Below, piece after piece: positions 1 through 10,373 of a stretch of 36,920 bases of DNA. The notes under the pieces were generated by a model. The model saw nothing but the letters and a program-made list of their open reading frames with translations, had not been told where the DNA came from and made no database searches. The position numbers were made by a program, and so were the translations under genes. This DNA is from Nemertoderma westbladi (Eukaryota > Animalia > Xenacoelomorpha), in the NCBI GenBank assembly GCA_032718475.1, contig JAUCBJ010007714.1:1-36920 (forward strand). The letters run 5' to 3'. Each line of letters begins with the position of its first letter. The stretch's first letter is position 1.

Positions 1-68
1 TTCCCATTATACCGCTGGGTTGGTGTAGGCACTAATGTCTAAAGTGTCTTGTCTAGGGACACAACAGT
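1..68 (-). mobile_element. Probable SINE fragment (CORE/Meta-SINE-like central domain), cut by the window edge
   Basis: 'cccattataccgctgggt...aaagtgtcttgtctagggacacaaca' resembles the '...aagtgtcttgcccaaggacacaac' block of tRNA-derived SINEs read antisense; recognised from memory only. Confidence 0.4.
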
Positions 69-104
69 GCGAAATTTCTGCAGCCTTTAGTCGGTTATTA
101 GCCA

Positions 105-351
105 CAATGACATATTATTAGAAAGCTTGAGTTGTAAGGATTCCAAATATAAATTTATTTTGAGTTTCGTTGAGAAACAGCTGAGATATACAGCTGAGAT
201 GCTATACAATGTTGGTATGCTGCACAGCTGTACAGCTGTAGTGCACTGTGCATACCGGTACCTCAATTCTGCGATAATACAGACTGCAGACTCAGTACAG
301 TGTTAAAATATTACCGTCATATCTACTAAGATGGTTTTCTCCAACGAAATC
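105..351. mobile_element. Non-autonomous DNA transposon/MITE remnant
   Basis: Imperfect inverted pair tttcgttgagaaacagctgagatat (~166-190) / atatct...ttctccaacgaaa (~319-349); an inverted, diverged copy of ~118-190 occurs at ~4261-4330. Confidence 0.4.
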
Positions 352-484
352 AACGAGTTGACACACCTTAGCTCAACGACAACCAGCCAACCGCAGTGCA
401 TCCTATTACCAACTCTACTGCACAGAGTCGACAGACAGAGTCGATTGACTCACAAAACTCGACAAAAGCAGCCCCTTTAAGAGT

Positions 485-3345
485 ATGCTAATCTTCAATG
501 TACGCAGTTTACTTAACCGTGATAAACGAATATTGTTCTCAAACTGTATATCCACCCTTCAGTACGATATCATTAGCTTAACCGAAACCTGGCTCGTAAA
601 CCACATCCCCGACGAAGAGCTCCACCTCACAGCCTACTCCCTCTACCGTGGCGAGCGCAACCCTGCAACTGGTGGGCAATCCAGTCACGGCGGCATTCTT
701 TTAGCTGTCCGTACTTCCATCCCACACAAAGAAATCGACCTGGCAACCCTAGACCCAACTATTCCTCTATGCGCTGCAGTAGCTGTTTCCATAACAGGCA
801 TTTACACAAACATTATTATCGCTACCATGTACATCCCACCTGACAAGAGTAATTACCGTTGGTCCACCCTAGAATTCTCCACGCTAATCACTGCTTTACA
901 GCAAGCAAAAGTCGTCAACAATAGTTCTGATATATTTATTACCTGCGACATAAATCTCCCCACTGCCAACTGGTCCACTCTAACCTCCTCTGACACATAT
1001 GAACAGTGCTTAATTGATATTATCGATAGAGCCAACCTCACTCAAACTATTGATTTTCTAACACGCGGCTCTATTATTTTGGACTTTCTTGTATGTTCTT
1101 CTACAACAACTATAGTCTCCACTGAACCCGACAGCAGCATGGTACCTCTTTTCACCAGAAACAGCACCTTTCTATCTGATCACCGTCCTGTCAAGGTTAC
1201 CCTAGACCTAAATTTAAGCCAAACACCCAGTAGAAAACACCCTGACTGCCAAAGTTATTCACGGGCGGATTTCACCAAGCTTGGTAGAACTATTCTAGAA
1301 CACCCTTTTCAAACCCCGCAACCTACAGCAACAGCCGACGAAATTTTAGACGATTGGTACACTTGGATTGAGAACATATTGAAAGCAACAATCCCGAAAA
1401 GATCAAGACACCGTCAATCCTTACCACCATGGGTCACACCAGCAACTTCTAACCTAATAAAAAGACTAAACACCCTTCGATCACGCATATCAAACTCTAA
1501 ATTGCCCTCCACCAACCTGCATTCAAAAATAAGCAATGCCGAAACCAGTGTCCAATCAAAACAAGAATCCAACCAGGCAAACTACGAATCTACAATATTC
1601 GGATCAGGCAACTTTGGTCGAGCCTTTAAGTATCTCGAATCTATTAGACAGTCAAACAGCATCCCAACAACAATATTCTGGAACACCAAATCAGCAACTT
1701 CATCAGCCGAGAAAGCTCAATTATTTAACGAATACTTTCAGTCACTTTTCAGCGACACCACTGATCGACAAACATTAAACCCACAGCAGACAGCTCCAAC
1801 ACTCCCACCAGAACATATCACCGAAACATACGAGTTATCAACAACAGCTATATCACTTGTTCTTGACAAACTAGATATCAACAAATCCCGCAGGCCTGAC
1901 AATATGCCACCATGTGTCTTAAAGAACCTATCTGAAGAAATCTCTGTATCACTGTTTCAGGTATTTTACGCATGCAGGGAACTTGACACTTTTCCAGCGC
2001 AATGGAAGCTGGCCATGGTGTATGCGTATACACCATATACAAAAAGAAAAATAAATCCTCAGTCGAGAATTACAGACAAGTAGCACTTCTTTGCTGCGTT
2101 TCCAAAGTCTTTGAAAAACTCATATACATTGCACTCTACAAACACATAAAACCACTTCTTTGCAACCAACAATATGGCTTCCGACATGGACGCTCAACAA
2201 CAATCCAGTTAATCCAATTTCTGGATCGCATCTACCAGGGGATAGAAGACAGCTACGAAGTAGTTGAGGCCATCTACCTCGACTTCTCCAAGGCCTTCGA
2301 TAGGGTCAACCACAACATTTTACTATAGAAACTCTGGGATACTGGTGGGCGTGGTCACCTACACACAATTATAAAGAGCTACCTAACAAACTGCAGACAG
2401 TTCACTCGTGTCGATGGCCACTACTCAGACGAGCTCAGTGTTGACAGCAGTGTACCCCAGGGTTCACTACTTGCAGTCCTGCTCTTTCTTGTTTACGACA
2501 ATGACTCTTGTTTACTACCAATCTGTATCGAGTCTGCTGAAGGTTATCTCTTTGCTGACGACACCAAACTTTTGAACACTACTGCCGATCCAATTCCACT
2601 CCAGCTTGATCTAGACCAGCTTTCAGTCTGGGCCGAAAACAATTCCATGGCATTCAGCAGCGAGAAATGCATGCAACTGGATTTTCGAGGCTCACCACCA
2701 CACTGTACCTTATCCGGATTCACAATAACTGGGGCGGTCGAGGAGAAGGACCTCATCCTTTCTTTTCTCTTTCTTTCTTTTTCGTTTATGAGAAGCACCA
2801 TATCAGCGAACGTATTAGAAAGGCTACCGGAATGCTCCATACATTGAAGCGCTGTTCGTCATCACAGTTATCAATATCTGCAAAGCTAGACGCTTACAAA
2901 ACTCTAATCGTCCCAATCGCAACCTACGCATCACAATGCTGGTACGCCAACCACAAGGACACTCTCACAATAGAGCAGTTACAACATCGTTCAACAAAGA
3001 ACGTCTTTCCGCACTCAAACTACTGCCGCTATCACTATATCTACAACTGCACGACCTCCTTCTATTATCAGCTATTCTCAACAAGAAGTACGATTACAAC
3101 TGGCAGCCTTACATTAAACTATCTTCCAGCAGTACAACCCGCACCTCGACCCGCCTCCCGCAGCTGTTCATTCTACCCTTACTTCGCCACTCTTCATCGA
3201 CCCATAATTTCTGGTACCGCTCGCTACCACTAAACTCTACTAAAAAACTCTATTGTAGGACTACGTATTTTGTTTACGGGTTCACACCCATCAAGTGCAC
3301 GCAGCTCTTGTAAATTCTATTATTCTTATTATATTATTATTATAT
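485..3345 (+). mobile_element. Degenerate CR1/L2/Jockey-group LINE ORF2 (AP endonuclease + reverse transcriptase), with frameshifts and stops
   Basis: APE motifs FNVRSL, LTETWL, GGILLAV, (G>C)DINLP, LDF, SDH; RT motifs YRQVALLCCVSKVFEK, QYGFR, YLDFSKAFD, VPQGS, FADDTK spread over several frames; TAG stop at 2326-2328; (TAT)n-like tail ~3317-3345. Confidence 0.92.
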
Positions 3346-3449
3346 AATACTGGCATTCAAAGATTGTGATAAATTATCATTCGCTGGAGGTCATTTATTA
3401 TGATTAATATAAACACTACATTCAAGAACGTGATATTATTTTTATCATT

Positions 3450-4088
3450 TGTGAGCGGATTCAATTCCGCCGCATTACCCTCACAAAGTTGGGAAGTGGC
3501 ACCTTTTCAGCAATATTGGAGATACGAGATTGGCAATAACCAATCTCGTATCACAACCAACACTGGGGAGAACACAAACCCCAAAGCCACACAAAGGGAG
3601 GTTAGAGGTCAAATCACCTCGGGAGAGGAAACAACCAGCAGGGGCCAACAACAGGGGCAAAACACTCCCAGAGAGGGGAGAGGCATGAAGTAGATTATCA
3701 GCCAATAGGGGCGAGGGAGAGCATCCACTGGATGAAAGGCCACAGCAGCGTAGGAGTGATTATATATATTGTCAATGCATATTACCATACCGGTTCAGTT
3801 TACTCAGTCACCAGCTTTAGTGCAGACCGGTGATGTTTTACACCGTCATCGTCATCATCACCGTCACCAACACACGCACACCTACCGGTATCCATTATAT
3901 ATTGTCAAATGCTGCTTATCTGCAATCTTTACTGTGCTATTACTAATATTGTTATCTGAATACCAAGAGACAACATTAACTGCTATTATTTTCGCTACAA
4001 CGGCCTCGGCCTAAATATTAGCATCCCTAAGGTAAATACGGTGACGTGTAGTCAACAAATCCGGTCGGGATCCATTGATCCCGTCACA
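3450..4088 (+). mobile_element. Solo LTR (639 bp) with 5-bp TSD
   Basis: Termini TGTGAgcggat...atcccgTCACA (inverted); identical flanks TCATT at 3445-3449 and 4089-4093; internal CCAAT (~3702) and TATATA (~3761). Confidence 0.8.
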
Positions 4089-4488
4089 TCATTTTTATGA
4101 TAAAAATCCTATTTATTTATCCTATTTATTATATATTATTATATTTATGTATGCATAGCTACACATACATAAATAATATGTTCCAGAACGTTTTGTGTTT
4201 ACTAAACGGAATAACTGGTATATTATAATGAAAGATACTTCTTGCAATCTTAGAACGCCCATATCTCATCTGTTTCTCAACGAAATTTAGACATTAATAC
4301 ATATTTGGAATCCCCACGCAAGCTTTCAAATATATAAAAAATAAATCACAATTGATGAGAAAAATGGCAACGAAACGAAGGCAACAATTTCGTAAAAGTC
4401 ACTTTTATAAAACGCTTACGTAAAAATTTAAATGTAAAATTGAAAATTCCGGTTACATGGGGTCCTCTGCAGTTGTTTTGTTTTGGCC

Positions 4489-4770
4489 TTTGCAGGACAT
4501 TGCTTTCGCCGTGAGGACCAGCCAGTGCATAATCTTGTACTTTGGCAGCCTCATGGAGTGAATAAGCATGGTGGACAGCCCATGACTTTCTTGAGACGCA
4601 TCTTAAAGGACACTGGCCTTAAAGATGCGGATGATCTAGCAAATGTCATGGGTGATAGGGAGTTGTGGCGGTGCAATTTTGTTGACAAGCCGGCACAGCA
4701 TTCTTAAAAATGCAGCTGCAATGCAGCATGCCGATCCTAGTAGTAGTAGTAGTAGTAGTACTAGTAGTAG
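4489..4770 (+). mobile_element. RTE-clade LINE 3' end fragment with (AGT)n tail
   Basis: FAGHCFRREDQP...LWQP C-terminus near-identical to copies at 27380-28349 and 31857-32920; (AGT)n tail 4738-4770; possible TSD TGGCC 4484-4488/4771-4775. Confidence 0.9.
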
Positions 4771-4934
4771 TGGCCATTATCGATACAGTGTTGTGTTATT
4801 CCACGTTTATAGCCATTATATAAGACCGCTTAAAACTGTAAATCGATACATTTTATTTACCAATTACCATTATTTACATTCAAATTTTAAGCCCACCACC
4901 AACACTGTCAGTAAAAACTCTAACACTCTCCATA

Positions 4935-5784
4935 AATAATGTTCGTTGTGGCGTTTTACATGTTTTCGTTTAAGTTTCCCAATGTAATTATGGTCAGTTC
5001 AGGCATTACAGTCTATTTTACATATTGCATGCATGAGTTTAACCTTCTTTCCCAACCCTCTTTAAATCGGAGCAAATTTGTAGAAATTTTCGAAACAGTT
5101 TCATATCGAGTCAACTTATACTTTGTAAAAATAAATTTAATTGGTATTTCGTCCGATGTAACAGGCTGAGATAACTTCCCACAAAATCTGACTCCCCAGT
5201 CTTTTCAGCCTAGGCTGAGAACACCCCCAGTTTTCTTTCTAGATTTCTTAATTAACGGAAAGGAGCAGGTTACAGTGGCGGGCTTTTCTAACCAAAACAA
5301 TAAACGATAACTCATTAACATAGGTAACAGTTTAATTTTTGCAATATACGGAAATAGCACATAATACAGGAAATAGCAAAAAATATGAATTATAACTCAA
5401 TTAGGGGAGTCATCTCAGCCTAAGGGGAGTCATATCAGCCTAAAGGGAGTGTTCTAAGTCTAGACAAAGATAACTGGGAGTGAGTGTTCTCAGCTTAGGC
5501 TGAGACGACTGGGGAGTCATTTCAAGAGGGAGTTATCTCAGCCTTGTAAACCAGCACTATTGACTGCTGTTAGACCGAAGATTAAATTGGTAGTTCGTCT
5601 AGTCCAATATATTTGACCGAGTCCTACGTTCGAAATTAAATGTGTGCAATCCAATCTGATCAAGGATTGTTTTTATAGCTTTGGAGACTGTTGGTACAAA
5701 TCGTATAACACAGTCAGTATCGTGAGTAGGTTTGGGTGCTACTGTTGGAGCTGGCGGAGTGTTGGAGACTATTATCGACCACAT
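4935..5784 (-). pseudogene. Old Penelope-like element relic (RT-EN linker and GIY-YIG), interrupted by a MITE
   Basis: Minus strand ~5030-4938 reads AICKIDCNA*TDHNYIGKLKRKHVKRHNEH (GIY-YIG pattern CxxC...YIG...R..EH); 5784-5599 reads VIRFVPTVSKAIKTILDQIG, like the PLE linker. Confidence 0.5.
5159..5548. mobile_element. MITE with ~70-bp imperfect terminal inverted repeats
   Basis: Left aggctgagataact..cc...gactccccagtc...cagcctaggctgagaacac is mirrored by right gtgttctcagcttaggctg...gactggggagtc...gggagttatctcagcct; internal subrepeats ggggagtcatctcagcctaa. Confidence 0.8.
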
Positions 5785-5785
5785 C

Positions 5786-5921
5786 TCGCGGGTAGTTGTT
5801 TATATTAACAGTATACAGTATCGTGGGTAGTTGTTTATATTAACAGTATACAGTATCGGGTAGTTGTTTATATTAACGGTATACAGTATTGCGGGTAGTT
5901 GTTTATATTAACAGTATACAG
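5786..5921. repeat. Left portion of the 35-bp satellite array (about 4 units)
   Basis: Unit tcgcgggtagttgtttatattaacagtatacagta, same as 10374-17421. Confidence 0.97.
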
Positions 5922-6062
5922 ATTATTAATGAATCAATCACAATTACAAACAATATTAACAAACAAACAATTGCAGAGATACCCATCACCAAGATACAAT
6001 GAAACTTTTAAAATTTATTTGTAAGGAGCCCAAAATTTTGAGAATTTTTAGTTTAAAACGCT

Positions 6063-9000
6063 CTAGACGCAAGGTAGACCAGCACCGTCATCCAGCCCTA
6101 GGCCGCTCCTCCACTTCACCCTGGATCCCCGAAGGCAGTGGGTGGCGCCGCGGATGACCGCCAGCTGGATGCGGGTTCGAACCCAGCCCATGGTTACGCT
6201 GTAAGGACGCCCCCATGACCGATGCAGCTGGTCAGCCACCACGCGAAGCAGGTGATTTGCCTGAGGAGCGAGTACTCCGCAGCAGGACGCAACGAAAGGC
6301 GAAAAGTCACCTCTTCGAGCAGTAACTGCGTCCGCATAGAGCGGCCTCTTCTCGTCTTCGGCAGACACTAGTACTGACATCGGGGCGCGACCCACATAAG
6401 ACTCGGCGTCAAGGTTTACAACCCGGATGTCTATCAACGCCTGAGTCTGTGGGTTTAGTGCGCCCCGGATGCCCACGTCACACCGAAGACCAGCTGCTCC
6501 CTCCTCCCCCTGCTGCTCCCGGACTATCGGCTCACGCACCAAGTTACGCGGTCCAAATGCGAGCGCGGCGAGATCCCCGAAAACATCCCGCAGTTCGTTA
6601 TGGCGTTGGATGACAAGGCCGCCTTTTTTACAATTTAAACCGTGGTTTAAATCAAAGGCGGCCCCACACCCATCGCACCTGCTCGGAACTGCCGCCAAGG
6701 GGCGACCATAGCGGATCGCCAGGGCGTCCCGGAACTCCTGTGGGGACAAGTCTAGGTGGTGGTCAGCTAGCGGAACAGCAGAAATCCACCCGCTCGAGCG
6801 GAAATCGGCGGCATGCCGCACTGTCCGGCTGCGGCAGTCCGTTAACTCCTCTAGCGTGGATTCGAGGTCGACTTTCTCCCGCAACATCTGCTGTTCCCGA
6901 CCCTCTTTCTGCGCTCGCTTCAGACAGTCCAGATGCTCCGAGTGTATGTATGAGCTCTTACCGAGTATGGCTGCCGCGAGGGAAGCGGTCCCCTTCAGTG
7001 AAACCGAGAAGGACTGGGCGGCCTCGGACACCGGATTTCGCAGCCCGAGCCCAGCGTTGTGGGGGGACAGACCGAACAGTTTTCTCTCTTGGGAGGATAC
7101 CTCACTTCCTAAGATTGCCGGAAGAAACCGTTCGGTTATCGCCTCCTCCAGCACCTCGTATTCCTCGCTACAGTCCGGGGTTACCCGTTGTAGGTAGGCC
7201 CACTCCCGCTGGAGGGAGCAGGCCATAGCCGCAAATGCGGCTTGGGGCTGGGCCTCTGCCATCTCAGCTAGACGATCAACAGAGTCGACCCAACCTGCTA
7301 CCTTAGCCTGGACATGGCCCCTCCTCTCTACAGTGCCGCCTATGTACCCGCCGAGGAATCGATGACCCGACACAATATTTATCGATTGGCCCGCAAAGAC
7401 TCTACGAGCCTCCTCGACAAACTCTGGGGCTACTACGAGGTAGCATTTCTTTGGCTCCGGGAAGTATCCGAGCGTTGGTCCGAAACGCTGTAGCTCGATG
7501 AACCATTCGAGAACCAGCTCCAGTCTACCTCCCGCCCCTGAGTCATCCGCATACCAGTTCTGAACCAGTTGAGTATCCGGTGGTTTACGCAGGAGGTGAA
7601 TGAGGGGGAGAATCCCTGAAGAATACTCAAGCATAGCGAGAGGATCTCCCTGCGTGGTGTCCTCCTCACTGAATATCACCTCCTCGGTCCCGCGTATTGT
7701 TAGTATGCCATGCCCCCGGTAACTATTGAACAGAAACAGGGAGCATCGGGGCCACAGCCGATGCACATTCCACAGCGCGGCTGTCCGGTTTAGAGAGTTA
7801 AACGCGTTAGACGCGTCTACGAGGAGAAACCCCCAGCCATCATCACTCCGTTGATCGAACAGATCTGCCATCGTGTGGACAGCGGCCTCCACCCCTGCTG
7901 ATGTGCCGGCGGAGAGCTGTTCAGCGCCGCAGGTTGCCGTAATATCATCCCCCGTGGCTTCAGCCATTGAGCGACCGAGAATGCGACGCAAGCATTCCCC
8001 GATCCCGATCGGCCGAACTCCTGGGCATTTATCCAGGGCAATCAACCGACACGACATAAGGGCACGTGCGGACTCCCACGGTATAACTGTGTTGGCGAAG
8101 GACCGGGCGATATCGGCGATGGCGTCACGAAGGCGTTCGCTGTGGGCGTCGTATCTGAGTAAATAGTCGCCCCAGCGAGTTAAGTCTGAGCCCGCCGGGC
8201 CGGCTCCCCCATGTAGTCAGCGAGCAGCAGACTCGACGTGGGAGGCCGTTATGTCAACATCGACACGGATTGGGAGTTCTTCATCTGGTTGGAGGAGAGA
8301 TTCTGGGGGGGGTTCGGAGGCGGGTGGATGCTTGGCTCTCAGGATATCGAGGACTTTGACATTTCCTCCTCCCATGTCGACTTCCTGGTCAGGGTCTAAT
8401 AAACCGCCGCTCTCCCGACCGGTCACCCAGCGTACAGCGCTGCGTACCTTCCCTTCTAACATCAGACGAGTAAAAACTCGGATCGTGTGATCCTTGTCCT
8501 CGCCAGCCGGCTTGCTTCTCGCTCGCCGCCCTGATCTGAACTTGAGGGAGCAGCGCTCCACCTCCTGTAGTAAGGCCTCCATATTCCCGGCCTTCCACAT
8601 CTGTAATCTGCGGCTCAGAAGGCGCCGGATGTCCGCGGCCTTTGCAACTTTTGGGTCGCGGTGGAGGAGCAATGCGTCCAAAAGTATGATCCTCTCCGAA
8701 CGCGCGTTGGCTATGTTGTGGCGCAGCCCAGACACGAAGGCCGTCGCTTCCTCCGCCAGCGTCGCAACTACGTCACGGCCCACTGCACCCCCTGGTAGTC
8801 TGTATTTGGAACCGCAGAGCTGTGTCGCCCGTCTCCACTGATGGAGCAGGCAGTCCGGCACGGCCCCCTTCCCTACCAGTGGGGCCCCATATGCCCTCGT
8901 CATTGGGTCATGAGGGTCGGTGTTCCTTCGGGGCTCCCCACCTGTGCTCCACTGGTTGCTGAACACAGTTCCGTCCGTAGCAACTTGCGGCTGTCTCACG

Positions 9001-10157
9001 GTTTGCAAACCAACAGGCGGACCCGTGGGTACAGACAAGCCAACATACGGACATGTGGGGACAGACAATCTGACAGGCGGACCCGTGGGGACAGACAAAC
9101 CGACAGGCGGACCCGTGGGGACAGACAAACCGACCGCCGGACCCATGGGGACAGACAAACCAGCAGGCAGACCCGTGGGGACAGACAAACCGGCAGGAGG
9201 ACCTGAGGGAACAGACATATCGACAGGCGGACCCATGGGGACAGACAACCCGCCAGGCGGACCAGTGGGGACAGGCCAACCGACAGTCGGATCCGTGGCG
9301 ATAGACAGACGGACAGGTGGACCCGTGGGGACAGACGATCCGACAGGCGGACCGGGTGGGACAGACAAACTGACAGCCGAACCCGTGGGGACAGACTGGC
9401 CGACAGGCGAACCCGTGGCGACAGACAAACCGACAGGCGGACCCGTGGGGATAGACAATACGACGGGCGGACCCGTGGGGACAGACGAACCGACAGGTGA
9501 ACCCGTGGGGACAGACAAGCCGACAGGCAGACCCGAGGGGACAGACAAACCGACCGCCGGACCCGTGGGGACAGACAAAACAACAGGCGGACCTGTGGGG
9601 AGGGACAAGCCGACAGGCGGACCCGTGGGGACAGACAAACCGACCAGCGGACCCGTGGGAACAGACAAGCCGACAGGCGGACCCGTGGGGAGAGACAAAC
9701 CAACAGGCGGACCCGTGGGGACAGACACACCGACGGGCGGACCGGTGGGGGTGGACAGACTGACGGGCGGACCCGTGGGGACAGACAAACCGACCGCCGG
9801 GACCGACATACTGACACGGTACGGGGAACGGCGTGTCACCAACGTGTCGCTCAGCGAGTGAAAAGAACAATCGCTGTCGGACCGGTCCGACAATGTATCG
9901 TCATGGGAGTCGTCCCCCCTCCCCAACTCAGAAGGAAGCGGCTGGGAAAAGGACGTAATCGCTGACGCCGGCCCGTCTTGTTGTCCATCAATGATCGGGG
10001 TGGGTTGAGGGGTTGTCGGCGAACCGACTCCGCCGTTCAGGCACCGTCTCCGCTTGCCGGGAATGCAGTCCCAGCATTCTCGGCCTGCCCTTACGCAGGG
10101 GCACCACGCACCGCGCTTGCAAGTGCCGTTAATACCGCATCCGCAGCATGAGGGCAT
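6063..10157 (-). pseudogene. CRE-type polyprotein (~1364 codons): Cys-rich N-terminus, decapeptide repeats, RT, CCHC finger, restriction-like endonuclease; one in-frame TGA at 8217-8219
   Basis: ORFs 8217-10157 and 6063-8057 share a frame, and the gap reads *LHGGAGPAGSD...RALMSC; motifs RLIALDKCPGVRPIGIGECLRR, DASNAFN, QGDP, YADD, CDGC..H...C, RHNELRD, RCDV..IDIRV..EDEKR. Confidence 0.9.
9005..9810 (-). repeat. In-frame 30-bp coding minisatellite (VPTGPPVGLS x ~27)
   Basis: Plus-strand unit gtggggacagacaaaccgacaggcggaccc; no frameshifts across the array. Confidence 0.95.
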
Positions 10158-10373
10158 CCCTGTGCTGGTCGATCGCTAACAGTGTCCGCAAGCCACAAAC
10201 GTTCTTGGTTGTCAGCAATGTCAAACGCCGTTATGGTGGCCTTCTCAGTTTGGCGCCAAGCAGTCTGGCTGTCGGCACTATCAAAGGTGCTATACTGACC
10301 TACAGTGGCTAGGTAGTTTACAGCCTATAGCAGAATCTATATGTCACACAGTAGAAAAATGTTCAACTGTAAA

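Larger units (their letters stand above)
5922..10373 (-). mobile_element. Near full-length CRE-clade non-LTR retrotransposon (RT + RLE) inserted in the satellite
   Basis: GC-rich 4.45-kb block; flanked by ATTAACAGTATACAG at 5907-5921 and 10374-10388; single long ORF with short UTRs. Confidence 0.9.

Noticed and set aside
8841-9870. Overlapping alternative-frame and antisense ORFs in the CRE repeat
   Set aside because: Expected for a GC-rich 30-bp repeat; only one frame is continuous with the RT
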